A stretch of DNA of 64,000 nucleotides from an uncultured Actinomycetota bacterium (GCA_963743915.1 CAVURN010000003.1:352001-416000), one strand, 5' to 3'. Positions 19,907 through 29,684 are shown, counted from the stretch's first letter. A program made the numbers and translations. Notes: a model not told the origin generated them from the letters alone.

Positions 19907-21391
19907 ATGACCCGCGTGCCGACCACTGACCCCTTGGTGCTGCCCAGCCAGGACGACCCGGTGGTCGGGGGGGCCAGCGGATTCCTCGGAGGGCCCGTCG
20001 GAAGGCACGCCGACGTGCGGCGTGCGTGGTGGAACCCGGTCCGCGTCCTGGTGCTGCTGGCAGTGCTGGCCAGCGGCTTGGGGGCCGCGATCGACGCCCC
20101 GTGCATCACGAAGTCCTGGTCGGACGGGTACGAGCAGTTCTCGCGCGGCTGCTACAGCGACATGGTCCACCTGTATTGGGGACGAGGGATCGCCGAGGGC
20201 GTGATCCCCTACGTCCAGGACCCTGCGACCACCGGCGACGTCGAGGTCGAGTACCCCGTGCTCACCGGTGCGGTCATGTGGGTCGTCGCGCAACCGATCG
20301 CGGACACCTGGACCGACTCCACCCGCGCCCGCGTCTACTTCTCGCTCAACGCGATCCTCATCGCCCTGCTGCTTGCCCTGACCGTCTGGGCGACCGCACT
20401 GACCGTCCGTCGACGACCCTGGGACGCCGCGATGGTGGCGCTCGCCCCGGGAATGGTGCTGGCGTCCACCATCAACTGGGACCTCTGGGCGGTCGCGGCC
20501 ACGTCCTTGGCGCTGCTGGCGTGGGCGCGCAGGTACCCGGTGCTCGCGGGTGTGCTGCTCGGTCTCGGCGCCTCGTTCAAGTTCTACCCCGTGCTGGTCC
20601 TGGGACCGTTGCTCATCCTCTGCCTGCGGGCGGGACGGATGCGGGCATGGGCGCTGACCTTCGGCGCGGCACTGGTGATGTGGCTGGCAGCCAACGTGCC
20701 GATCATGCTGGCCAGGTTCGACGGGTGGTCGAGCTTCTACACGTTCTCGTCCGAGCGCGGTGCGGACTTCGGGTCGCCGTGGTTGGTCGTGCAGAACGGG
20801 CTCGGCGTCGACCTGCCGGTCGAGCGGCTCAACCTCTGGGCGGCGGGAATCTTCTTCCTGATGTGCCTGGGGATCGCCGCGCTGATTCTCTTCGCGCCCC
20901 GGCGGCCGCGGCTGCACCAGGTCGTTTTTCTGACCGTCGCGGCGTTCGCCGTGACGAACAAGGTGTACTCGCCTCAGTTCGTCGTCTGGCTGATCCCGCT
21001 GGCCGTCCTGGCAAGGCCCCGCTGGCGCGACTTCCTGTGGTGGCAGGGAGCGCAGGTCGTCTACTTCTTCGCGGTCTGGTGGTACATCATCTGGCAGGCC
21101 GATCCGGCACGAGGTCTGCCGGACAAGTACTACTGGGCGGCGATCCTGCTGCACACCGCAGCCACGCTGGTCTACGCGGGGTTCGTGGTGCGCGACGCGT
21201 TGCGGCCCGAGTGTGATCCCGTTCGGAGCAGCCTCGGCGAGGACGACCCGGGGGGCGGGGTGCTCGACGGCGCACCGGACCACGTCTACCGAGGCCGACC
21301 TGTCGGGCAGCGACGATCGGGACGGCACGGGCGGCACGGGCAGCACGGGCAGCACGCCACCGCCACCGACCCTCGTGTGGGTGCGGTGTGA
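19907..21391 (+). CDS. GT87-family (DUF2029) polyprenol-dependent glycosyltransferase
   Basis: CYSD, EYPVLTG, INWDL, KFYP, NKVYSPQF, DDPGGGVLDG; conserved downstream of ponA. The extreme C-terminus may be frameshifted. Confidence 0.9.
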   Translation: MTRVPTTDPLVLPSQDDPVVGGASGFLGGPVGRHADVRRAWWNPVRVLVLLAVLASGLGAAIDAPCITKSWSDGYEQFSRGCYSDMVHLYWGRGIAEGVIPYVQDPATTGDVEVEYPVLTGAVMWVVAQPIADTWTDSTRARVYFSLNAILIALLLALTVWATALTVRRRPWDAAMVALAPGMVLASTINWDLWAVAATSLALLAWARRYPVLAGVLLGLGASFKFYPVLVLGPLLILCLRAGRMRAWALTFGAALVMWLAANVPIMLARFDGWSSFYTFSSERGADFGSPWLVVQNGLGVDLPVERLNLWAAGIFFLMCLGIAALILFAPRRPRLHQVVFLTVAAFAVTNKVYSPQFVVWLIPLAVLARPRWRDFLWWQGAQVVYFFAVWWYIIWQADPARGLPDKYYWAAILLHTAATLVYAGFVVRDALRPECDPVRSSLGEDDPGGGVLDGAPDHVYRGRPVGQRRSGRHGRHGQHGQHATATDPRVGAV

Positions 21392-21510
21392 CACCCGTCC
21401 CGATCAACGGGACTAACGCCGCACCCATCCGCCGGAGTTCCGTGGCGACGTGTGGGATGGGTGCGGTGATCCCTGCAATCAACGGAGGCGGTGTCACACC
21501 GCACCCGTCC
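21379..21510. repeat. REP-like doublet (nested inverted repeats) between convergent genes
   Basis: 17-bp IR GGGTGCGGTGTGACACC (21379-21395) / 21490-21506; inner 12-bp IR CCGCACCCATCC (21419-21430) / 21455-21466; ATCAACGG in both unit loops. Confidence 0.8.
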
Positions 21511-21513
21511 CGG

Positions 21514-22438
21514 TTAGCGGTCCTTGATCAGGACCAGGTCGTCGTACAGAGGGAACAGCCCGACGTCGGTGAAGAGGGAGTAGTCGTCGTCGTCGAGATC
21601 CATCCCGGTCACGGTGGCCAGCCGCGCCCACGACCAGCCGCGACTGCGGAAGCGGTCGAACGACTCGAGCAGCAGCGCGTGGCCCAGACCTTGGCCGCGT
21701 CGCCGCTCACGGACCCCCAACACACCGATCAGGCCTGTCTGCTCCTTGGTGGTGTCCATGAAGTTCAGCGCGATCGCCAGTGGCCCCTGCTCGTCACGCA
21801 CCATGACGGACAGTCCCGGTAGCGCGGTCGGGTCGTTGGTGGTGTTGTACTCGTAGTCCTCACGCGACAGGTGCCATCCGCCACGCTTGGGCTGCAGCGC
21901 CTCCGACACGACGGTGAAGCCGTCCTCGAGGTCGCGCGTGATGCTGAACGTGCTCACCTCGACGTCGTCGGGCCAGACCGGCTGCGGGCGCGTCCAGTAC
22001 CTCGCCTTCGAGGATCGTCACCTTCTGGGCGACGTCGTACCCCAGCTGCCGCGCGACGTCGACGAGCTCGGTGTCCTCGCGAGGGACGTCCATCTGCAGG
22101 TACCCGTGCGCAGCGGTGTACGAGTTGCTGGCCACGATGCGCTCAGCAGCCTCGAGCAAGGTGCGTGCGTATCGAGCTCGGTCGGGTCCAGGCGGGAGGG
22201 CGATGCGCACGGTGCCCTTGGTGAACGGGGCACCGATGTGCACGTGCACCCCGGCGACGTCCTCCCCGCCCACCTCGAGGTATCGGTCGTTGTCGGCGGG
22301 CTCGCCCGTCGGGCTGATGAGGATGGCAGCGAGCTCGTCCTCCTGCCACTCGTCCTCACCGCGGAGCCAGCGGTAGTGCGCGTTGATCAGCCGGGTGAAG
22401 GTGGCCACGTCGCGGGACGTCCCTGGTCGCAGCCGCAT
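21514..22438 (-). CDS. Tandem-domain GNAT acetyltransferase, frameshifted near 21988
   Basis: ORFs 21860..22438 and 21514..21957 join with one base removed (PQPVWPDDVEVSTF); acetyl-CoA motif LGVRERRRGQGLGHALL. Confidence 0.8.
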
Positions 22439-22496
22439 CAGCAGCCGCCTGGTGAGGTGAACGTGCCGGTCATAGGTGCGTCAACGTATCGCAGCG

Positions 22497-23531
22497 TCAG
22501 TGCAGCACGACGCGGTCGAAGGAAGCCGTCGTCATCCGGACGTCCGCCGGCACGTCCGACCCGACCACCGGCGGAGCGATGCCGGAGGGCAGCCACACCA
22601 TGGACACCTGCATGTGCGGTGGCTCCATGAACCAGCGACGCTTCCCGTCGACGTAGAAGGGCGAAAGAGCGCGCCCCACCGCTTGCAGCCCTCCCTCGGC
22701 CGCGAGCTTGGCGCGCGCTGACGCGCCGCGGACGGCGCGAGGAGCGGACATCGCGACACCGTGTGACGTGCCGCCGCCGACGACGAGCAGGTGTCCCTCC
22801 CCCGGGGCGCGCCGTTGCCGGTAGCCGACGCGCTGGCCTCGACGGACGCGGTGGCACGCGAGCACGGTGCCTCTGGCCTGGTACGACTCCCGCTCGCCGA
22901 GCCAGAGCAGCGTGCCGATCCGTGGCCGGAAGGTCGTCTCGGGATGACGCCGGCGGAGGGTGGCCAGCTCTGCTGCGGTCACGTGGCTGACCCACAGGGT
23001 GTCCGTGGGCAGCTGGTGACGTCGCAGGGTGCTCACCCAGCTGCTGATCTCCTCGACGCGTGACAGCTCGCCGTCGTCGATCGGCAGGTGCAGGGCGAAA
23101 CCGTCGAGCCGCAGTCGGCGGAGATCCGGCACGGCCCGAGCGAGCGCCTCCTCGTCGAGCCCGAACCGGTGCATCGACGTCAACAGCTCGACCACCACGC
23201 GACGCCGGTGGCCCGCCAGCGCCCGCACCGCTTCCGGCGACGACAGGGTGAGGACGAGCCTGTCGTCCGCCTCCGGCTCCGGATCGATCGCCGGGTGCCA
23301 CGGCGTGAGGACGAGCACGTCACCGCCGAACGCGTCGTGCACCATCGGTGCCTCGTCGAGGGTTCCGACCGCCAACGTGTCGCAGCCGAGCCTTGCCGTC
23401 TCGGCCGCGAGCGTCGACAGGCCGAAGCCGTACCCGTTGCCCTTTGCCACCGGCACGATCGTCGGCAGGTCGGCCACCACCCGGTCGGCGTGCACGCGCC
23501 ACGCGTCGGTCTCGATGTGCAGCGCGAACAT
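22497..23531 (-). CDS. Alanine-racemase-family PLP enzyme (divergent, femX-linked)
   Basis: VPVAKGNGYGFG PLP lysine, TSMHRFG, FALHLP, RPRIGTLLWLG, EPPHMQVS. Confidence 0.88.
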   Translation of the reverse strand: MFALHIETDAWRVHADRVVADLPTIVPVAKGNGYGFGLSTLAAETARLGCDTLAVGTLDEAPMVHDAFGGDVLVLTPWHPAIDPEPEADDRLVLTLSSPEAVRALAGHRRRVVVELLTSMHRFGLDEEALARAVPDLRRLRLDGFALHLPIDDGELSRVEEISSWVSTLRRHQLPTDTLWVSHVTAAELATLRRRHPETTFRPRIGTLLWLGERESYQARGTVLACHRVRRGQRVGYRQRRAPGEGHLLVVGGGTSHGVAMSAPRAVRGASARAKLAAEGGLQAVGRALSPFYVDGKRRWFMEPPHMQVSMVWLPSGIAPPVVGSDVPADVRMTTASFDRVVLH

Positions 23532-23533
23532 GG

Positions 23534-24650
23534 CTAGCGGCGTCCCAGGTAGTAGGTGAAGGCCTTGTGCAGCAGCCGGTTGAGCGGATAGTCCCACTCG
23601 CCCACGTACTCGACGACCTCACCACCGGTGCCCAGCTTGAACTGGATCAGGCCGAACAGCGGGTCGTCCTCGTCCAGGGTGTCGGAGATGCCCCGCAGGT
23701 CGTAGACGGACGCACCCGCTGCGTGCGCGTCCTGGATCATCTGCCACTGGATGGCGTTGCTCGGACGCAGCTCGCGCCCCTCGGTCGTGGACGCGCCGTA
23801 CGAGTACCAGACGTGCCGGCCGACCCGGACCCACGTGGTCGCGGCGAGCAGACGTCCCTCGTGCCGGGCAAGGTAGAGGCGGATGCGGTCAGGATCCTCG
23901 GCCCGCATCACGCTGCCACATGTTCTCGAAGTAGCCGAGGGGCCGTGGCCGGAAGCCGTCACGCGCGGCGGTCTCGACGTAGATCTCGTGGAAGGCGGCG
24001 AGGTCCGCGGCGCTCCCCTGCGACACCTCGACCCCCGCCTTCTCCGCCTTGCGCACGTTGCGCCGCCACAGCTGGTTGAAGCCGGCGAACACCTCGTCGG
24101 TCGTGCGACCTTCCAGAGGGACGCAGAAGACGTACCGGGGCTGGAAGTCACCGAAGCCGGCGCTCGACGCCTGCTGACGCCAACCGGTGGTGCGCAGGCG
24201 GTTGGTGAGATCGGTGGCAGCGCTCGACTCGTCGTCCGCGGGCACCTCACTGAGGCGTTGCACGTCTGCGGTGGCGATGGCGTCCTTGACGGTGCGCGCC
24301 TGCCAGCGTCGCGCCACCACGGGGGGCCCCATCTTGACGGTGAAGCAGCGCTGTCGACGCAGGTGCGCGAGCAGCGGTGCCGTGACCGCGTCGGCGCCAT
24401 AGCGCTCCCAGTCGAGCACCGGCCCCTCCGGCAGGTACGCGAGTGAACGCCCCAGGCGCGGGATCGCTCGGTAGAGCACCAGCCCGGCGCCCACCAGGCT
24501 GTCCCCGTCGAACCACCCCAGGCTCTCGCTGTGCCAGTCGCTCTTCACCGCGCCCCAGGCGGGCGTCTGGAGAAAGGACCCGCTGGCGTCGGTGACGACG
24601 TCGAGGTGCTCGGCCGCTGAGATCGGCCGCACTGCCAGGGGTGCGCTCAC
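23534..24650 (-). CDS. femX: FemABX-family lipid II aminoacyl ligase, frameshifted near 23915
   Basis: SFLQTPAWG.VK, AYLPEGP, FQPRYVF, WRRNVRKAEK; second frame WYSYGAS, YDLRGI, GLIQFKLGTG. Confidence 0.9.
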
Positions 24651-24726
24651 GGCGGTCAGCCTACGGAAGGTCGCCGGCATCACTCGCGCCGCCGCTCGCG
24701 GCCGCCGTTCGTCCTAGGCTGCCGCC

Positions 24727-25512
24727 ATGCGCATCGCCACCTGGAACGTGAACTCGGTCACCGCGCGACTTCCGCGCGTCGTCGACTGGCTCCAGCAGAC
24801 CGGCACCGACGTGCTGTGCCTGCAGGAGACCAAGGTCGCCGACACCGCCTTCCCTGCGCTCCCCCTCGAGGAGATCGGCTACGAGACGGCGCACTTCGGG
24901 CAGGGCCGCTGGAACGGCGTCGCGGTCGTCTCGCGGGTGGGGATCGCCGACGTGGAGCACGGCTTCACCGACTGTCCGGGCTTCCCGGAACCGGCAGACG
25001 TCGAGGCGCGAGCCATCGGCGCGACGTGCGGCGGCGTCCGGGTGTGGTCGTTCTACGTGCCCAACGGACGCACCCCCGAGGACCCGCACTACGCGTACAA
25101 GCTCTCCTGGCTGGCAGCTGCGCGTGAGCACCTTGCGAACCAGGTCGCAGGCCCGACCCCCTTGGCCGTCATGGGCGATTTCAACATCGCCCCCACCGAC
25201 GCGGACGTGTGGGACCCGGCGGCCTTCGTCGGCGCGACCCACGTCACCCCTCCGGAACGGGAGGCCTACGCGGCCCTGCTCACCCTGGGGCTCACCGACG
25301 TGTTCCCCAGGGCGCTCAAGGGCGACCACCCCTTCACCTACTGGGACTACCGGGACGGCGCGTTCCACCGCGGCATGGGGATGCGCATCGACTTCGTCCT
25401 CGCGAACGCCGCGTTGCAGGCGGCGGTGAAGGACGCCTACGTCGACCGTGAGGCGCGGAAGGGCAAGGGCCCCAGCGACCACGCGCCGATCGTGGTCGAC
25501 GCCGACCTCTGA
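24727..25512 (+). CDS. xth: Exodeoxyribonuclease III
   Basis: ATWNVNS, LQETK, YVPNG, GDFNIAP, MRIDF, SDHAP; TAGGCT -10 six nt upstream suggests a leaderless mRNA. Confidence 0.96.
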   Translation: MRIATWNVNSVTARLPRVVDWLQQTGTDVLCLQETKVADTAFPALPLEEIGYETAHFGQGRWNGVAVVSRVGIADVEHGFTDCPGFPEPADVEARAIGATCGGVRVWSFYVPNGRTPEDPHYAYKLSWLAAAREHLANQVAGPTPLAVMGDFNIAPTDADVWDPAAFVGATHVTPPEREAYAALLTLGLTDVFPRALKGDHPFTYWDYRDGAFHRGMGMRIDFVLANAALQAAVKDAYVDREARKGKGPSDHAPIVVDADL

Positions 25513-25745
25513 GGGCGCTGTCCTCCACACTCGGCGTCCAGGAAGCACCTCCAAGGGGACAGTCGGCGGGTTCGGGGGCCAGCGGCAGGCCGTCCACAGG
25601 GGGCTCGAGGGTCCGCCGTCCACCGGCGATTTCGTGTCCAGCACCCGCGCCGGGTACTCTCGGCAGGCTGGTTCCGGGCCTGCGCGGCTCGGTTCCCGCC
25701 GAAAGGGCGTCCACCGGCACCCGCCACCGGACGTCGCACGCATCG

Positions 25746-25792
25746 CCCTCCTGTCACGGAACGTCCGTGACCGCCTGAGTCCAGAGGAGGTG
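25746..25792 (+). ncRNA. S6:S18 ribosomal-protein leader (autogenous control element)
   Basis: CCTCCT (25747-25752) can pair with the SD AGGAGG (25785-25790), enclosing hairpin GTCACGGA-acg-TCCGTGAC followed by CCG; directly upstream of rpsF. Confidence 0.75.
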
Positions 25793-25800
25793 GAGAACGC

Positions 25801-26091
25801 ATGCGTCAGTACGAGCTCATGGTCATTCTCGACCCCGAACTCGAAGAGCGCACCGTCGCTCCCTCGCTCGACCAGTTCATGAACGTCATCCGCAAGGACG
25901 GCGGCACGGTGGACAAGGTCGACATCTGGGGACGCCGCCGGCTCGCCCACGAGATCGACAAGAAGAGCGAAGGCATCTACGCCGTCATCGACATGCAGGC
26001 CCAGCCGGACACGGTCAAGGAGCTCGACCGTCAGCTGAACCTGACCGAGGCGGTCCTGCGGACCAAGGTCGTCCGCAAGGACGGGAAGTAG
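25801..26091 (+). CDS. rpsF: 30S ribosomal protein S6
   Basis: [25 protein letters not shown]. Confidence 0.98.
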   Translation: MRQYELMVILDPELEERTVAPSLDQFMNVIRKDGGTVDKVDIWGRRRLAHEIDKKSEGIYAVIDMQAQPDTVKELDRQLNLTEAVLRTKVVRKDGK

Positions 26092-26098
26092 GTCTGCC

Positions 26099-26566
26099 AT
26101 GGCTGGAGACACCGTCATCACCGTCGTCGGCAACCTGACCGACGACCCCGAGCTGCGCTTCACCGCGTCCGGTGCCGCCGTCGCCAACTTCACCGTGGCG
26201 TCGACGCCCCGCTTCTTCGACAAGAACACCAACGACTGGAAGGACGGAGACGCGCTCTTCCTGCGCTGCTCCATCTGGCGTCAGGCCGCCGAGAACGTCG
26301 CGGAGTCCCTCACCAAGGGCGCTCGCGTGGTCGTCCAGGGACGCCTGAAGCAGCGGTCGTACGAGACCCGCGAGGGCGAGAAGCGCACCGTGTACGAGCT
26401 CGACGTCGACGAGGTCGGCCCGTCGCTGCGCTACGCCACCGCCAAGGTCACCAAGGTCACCCGCAGCGGCGGGGGCGGCGGCTTCGGGGGCGGCGCGCCC
26501 GCGGCGGCACCCGCTGACGACCCGTGGGCCGCCGCAGCACCGGTCGACGAAGAGCCGCCGTTCTGA
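26099..26566 (+). CDS. ssb: Single-stranded DNA-binding protein
   Basis: [21 protein letters not shown]; acidic tail DEEPPF. Confidence 0.98.
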   Translation: MAGDTVITVVGNLTDDPELRFTASGAAVANFTVASTPRFFDKNTNDWKDGDALFLRCSIWRQAAENVAESLTKGARVVVQGRLKQRSYETREGEKRTVYELDVDEVGPSLRYATAKVTKVTRSGGGGGFGGGAPAAAPADDPWAAAAPVDEEPPF

Positions 26567-26630
26567 CGGCACCGAGACCCATCCGACCCATCCCCGCCCC
26601 GGCGGGGCCCTGAGCACCAGGAGCACCACG

Positions 26631-26867
26631 ATGGCCAAGCCCCCCCTGCGCAAGCCGAAGAAGAAGGTTTGCCAGTTCTGCAAGAAGAACGCCCCGGTGA
26701 TCGACTACAAGGACACCACCTTGCTGCGCAAGTTCGTGTCCGACCGCGGCAAGATCCGCGCCCGTCGGGTCACCGGCAACTGCACCCAGCACCAGCGTGA
26801 CATCGCGATGGCAGTCAAGAACTCCCGCGAGATGGCGCTGCTGCCGTACTCCGCTTCGGCGCGCTAG
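26631..26867 (+). CDS. rpsR: 30S ribosomal protein S18 (zinc-binding C+ form)
   Basis: [25 protein letters not shown]. Confidence 0.98.
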   Translation: MAKPPLRKPKKKVCQFCKKNAPVIDYKDTTLLRKFVSDRGKIRARRVTGNCTQHQRDIAMAVKNSREMALLPYSASAR

Positions 26868-26881
26868 GAAGAGGTCACGAG

Positions 26882-27334
26882 ATGAAGCTCATCCTCACCC
26901 ACGAGGTCACTGGCCTCGGCGCCCCCGGCGACATCGTCGAGGTCAAGGACGGCTACGGCCGCAACTTCCTGCTGCCCCGCGGCATGGCGCTGCCGTGGAC
27001 GCGTGGCGGCGAGAAGCAGATCACCACGATCAAGCGCGCCAGGGACGCCCGTGCGATCAGCGACCTCGGTCACGCGAACGAGGTCAAGGCACAGCTGGCC
27101 AGCCTCGACGTCACCCTCGAGGTCCGTGCCGGTGACACCGGTCGCCTGTTCGGCGCGGTGACCGCGTCGGACATCGTGGACGCGGTGTCCGCGGCCGGCG
27201 GCCCCGCGCTCGACAAGCGCTCGGTCCAGGTGCCCGCCCCGATCAAGACGATCGGCTCTCACACCGTCACCGTCGCGCTGCACCCCGAGGTCGACGCGAC
27301 CGTCGAGGTGGACGTCGTCCCCGCATCCTCCTGA
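26882..27334 (+). CDS. rplI: 50S ribosomal protein L9
   Basis: [34 protein letters not shown]. Confidence 0.98.
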   Translation: MKLILTHEVTGLGAPGDIVEVKDGYGRNFLLPRGMALPWTRGGEKQITTIKRARDARAISDLGHANEVKAQLASLDVTLEVRAGDTGRLFGAVTASDIVDAVSAAGGPALDKRSVQVPAPIKTIGSHTVTVALHPEVDATVEVDVVPASS

Positions 27335-27343
27335 CGCGGAACC

Positions 27344-27381
27344 CGTGAGCGGAGCGCCTCCCAGAGGGCGTCCGTCTCACG
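27344..27381 (+). terminator. Stem-loop after rplI
   Basis: CGTGAG-CGGA-GCGCC...GGCG-TCCG-T-CTCACG imperfect hairpin 10 nt after the stop; no U-tract. Confidence 0.5.
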
Positions 27382-27404
27382 CGCTGTCTGCCTAGGATCG
27401 ACCG

Positions 27405-28673
27405 ATGGCGACCTCGCGGCTCTCGCCGATGTCGCGTCTGGCGCTGCTCGCCGGTCGCGCGGCCTCGACGCTCTCGCGCCGGCTCGGTCGAGGGCGCGGT
27501 GCCCAGGTCGGCGGCAAGGTGGCGTACCGGCTCTGGCCGCGCACTCTCGACGACCTCGCGTCCGGTCGTACGACGCTCCTGGTGTCGGCGACGAACGGCA
27601 AGAGCACCACGGCGACGCTCGCTGCTGCCGCCGTGCGCACCCTCGGCCCCACCGCTTTCAACGCGACCGGGGCCAACATGGAGGAGGGACTGGTCGTCGC
27701 GCTCGACACCGACCGCGCTGCTCCCTACGCCGTGCTCGAGACCGACGAGGCCTACCTTGACGTCGTCATGCGCGCGACGCGCCCGCGCGTCGTCACCTTG
27801 ATGAACCTCAGTCGCGACTTCCTCGAGCGTGGCGTGCGGGCCAAGCGGTTGGCCGCCCTCTGGCGCTCCACGCTGGCCACCGTCGACTGGCCGTGCACGG
27901 TGGTGGCCGACGCCGACGACGCGCTCGTCGCGTGGGCGGTGCGCGGGCATCCCGACGTCGTGTGGGTCTCCGGCGAGGACGCCTTCGTCGACGACGCCAT
28001 GATCTGTCGCGACTGCTTCGTCCGGCTCGACCGTGGTGGCGCCCACCAGTGGCGCTGCCCCTCCTGCGGGTTCGGGCGCCCCGAGCCGCAGTGGGTCTGG
28101 CGGGAAGGTGCAGCCGAGGGTCCGGAGGGCCGGGTCGAGGTGCCCACGGTGCTTCCCGGCCATGCCGCCACGGTGAACGTGCTCTTCGCGCTGGCCTCCG
28201 CCGTGGCGATGGGAGCTTCCCCCGATCGGGCGGCGGCGGAGATCGCGCGCGTCGAGAACGTGGACGGCCGGTACGCGCCGCACCGCTACGGCGAGCACGA
28301 GATCCGCGTGCTGCTGGCCAAGAACCCGGCGAGCTGGACGGAGTCGATCGAGACTCTGGCCACCGCGCATGCGGACGACCCGGGTCGTTCCATCGTGCTG
28401 ATGATGGGTGCGCGCGGAGCCGGTGGCGGGCAGGACACCGCGATGCTCTGGGACGCCCCGTTCGAACGGCTCGCCGGCGTACCGGTGACCACGACGGGGT
28501 CGCGCGGCGACGAGCTCGCCCTGCGTCTCGCGGTGGCCGGTGTCGACGTGCGGCGCACGGAGTCCGGGGACCTGATGGAGGCGGTCGAGAGGCAGCCACC
28601 GGGAGCGGTCGACGTGGTCGCGAACTGGCCGGCCTTCAACGCGCTGCTGGACCGGGTGGGTCGCGGCACATGA
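27405..28673 (+). CDS. murT: MurT-like Mur ligase with DUF1727 domain
   Basis: SATNGKSTT P-loop, GANM, ETDE, NLSRD, CRDC..CPSC zinc finger, GRY, LLAKNPASW, LWD. Confidence 0.88.
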   Translation: MATSRLSPMSRLALLAGRAASTLSRRLGRGRGAQVGGKVAYRLWPRTLDDLASGRTTLLVSATNGKSTTATLAAAAVRTLGPTAFNATGANMEEGLVVALDTDRAAPYAVLETDEAYLDVVMRATRPRVVTLMNLSRDFLERGVRAKRLAALWRSTLATVDWPCTVVADADDALVAWAVRGHPDVVWVSGEDAFVDDAMICRDCFVRLDRGGAHQWRCPSCGFGRPEPQWVWREGAAEGPEGRVEVPTVLPGHAATVNVLFALASAVAMGASPDRAAAEIARVENVDGRYAPHRYGEHEIRVLLAKNPASWTESIETLATAHADDPGRSIVLMMGARGAGGGQDTAMLWDAPFERLAGVPVTTTGSRGDELALRLAVAGVDVRRTESGDLMEAVERQPPGAVDVVANWPAFNALLDRVGRGT

Positions 28674-29383
28674 AGGGGCAGCTGGTCGTCGTCGACCTCT
28701 ATCCGTCACTGCTGCAGCCCGAGGGTGACCGCGGCAATGCGGTGCTGCTCGCTCACCGCGCGCGCTGCTTCGGTGTGGAGGCGACAGCGACCGTGGTGCA
28801 TCCGGGAGACCCACTCCCGCCGGCGGACATCGTCTGCCTCGGTGGCAGCGAGGACGCGGACCTGGCCGTGGCCGCCGACCGGCTCCGCGCATGTGGGCTG
28901 GTCGAGCTCGTCACCGACGGGGCGGTCGTGTTCGGGGTGGGCGGGGGCTACGCGCTGCTGGGCCATGAGCTCGTCGCTGCGGACGGCTCCCGGCACGAAG
29001 GGCTCGGCCTGCTGGACGTGGTGATGAGCGACACCGGTGCCCTGGTCTCCGGGCCGGTGCTCACCCTGCCGGCACCCGAGCTCGGCCTGGGCCAGGTGAG
29101 CGGCTACGAGTACCACCGGCAGGTCGCCACCCGCGGAGCCGGCGTCGACGCCTGGCTGCCGCTCGAGATCGGCCACGGCGACCATGGATTCGCGGGCAGC
29201 CGCCACCAGTCCGTCGTCGGCTGCTGGATGCACGGACCGGTGCTGCCGAGGAACCCCGACCTCGCCGACCTGCTGCTCCGCTGGGCCGGGGTGGCGGTGG
29301 ATCCGGCGGGCTGCCCCGAGGACGCGATCGCGGCCCACGTCCGGAGCCGCCGGGCCGCCGAGGCTCGCGCCGCGCCACGGTGA
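28670..29383 (+). CDS. gatD: GatD/CobQ-like class I glutamine amidotransferase, catalytic Cys absent
   Basis: LYP...GDRGN, GGSED, GLGLLD, HGPVLPRNP; ATGA overlap with murT; nucleophile elbow reads VGGGYA rather than CGGYQ. Confidence 0.85.
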   Translation: MKGQLVVVDLYPSLLQPEGDRGNAVLLAHRARCFGVEATATVVHPGDPLPPADIVCLGGSEDADLAVAADRLRACGLVELVTDGAVVFGVGGGYALLGHELVAADGSRHEGLGLLDVVMSDTGALVSGPVLTLPAPELGLGQVSGYEYHRQVATRGAGVDAWLPLEIGHGDHGFAGSRHQSVVGCWMHGPVLPRNPDLADLLLRWAGVAVDPAGCPEDAIAAHVRSRRAAEARAAPR

Positions 29384-29423
29384 CGGTCGGCGTCCAGCAT
29401 GTGAGATGGGACGTGCCGAATGT

Positions 29424-29573
29424 GCGTCCACAGGGGGTGGACGCCGATCCCGCTGGTCAGGCCGCCGGCCGGGGGCTGCGGCGCGCGAATCCCCAGCGGC
29501 GTCCCCAGGCCCCTCCCCGGCCGCAGGGCAGGTTTCCCCAGGGCGCGGACCCTTGTCCCCAGCACTGTCCACA
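29424..29573. promoter_or_regulatory. Cluster of DnaA-box-like 9-mers upstream of dnaB
   Basis: GCGTCCACA 29424 with an inverted copy at 29436; GAATCCCCA 29487; GCGTCCCCA 29499; GTTTCCCCA 29532; TTGTCCCCA 29553; CTGTCCACA 29565. Pairs are spaced by 3 bp. Confidence 0.6.
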
Positions 29574-29587
29574 GGCCTTCTTGGACC

Positions 29588-29609
29588 TGTCGGACGCACC
29601 CGGTAGAAC
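29588..29609 (+). promoter_or_regulatory. RecA-NDp/PafBC-type promoter of dnaB
   Basis: TGTCGG-N10-TAGAAC against consensus TGTCGG-N10-TANNNT (last base mismatched). Confidence 0.55.
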
Positions 29610-29684
29610 CGTCCTGGCAGGTGACCGGTGCCTGCCTGCGCGTCGTCGCTCCGACGCCGCGCCCGGTCCGGACTGGAGGCGTGG

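Noticed and set aside
21325-21356. His-rich HGRHGQHGQH tail on GT87 as a metal-binding motif
   Set aside because: The 9-nt repeat reads as GTGGTGSTGST in another frame, and frameshift errors are frequent, so the frame is unreliable.
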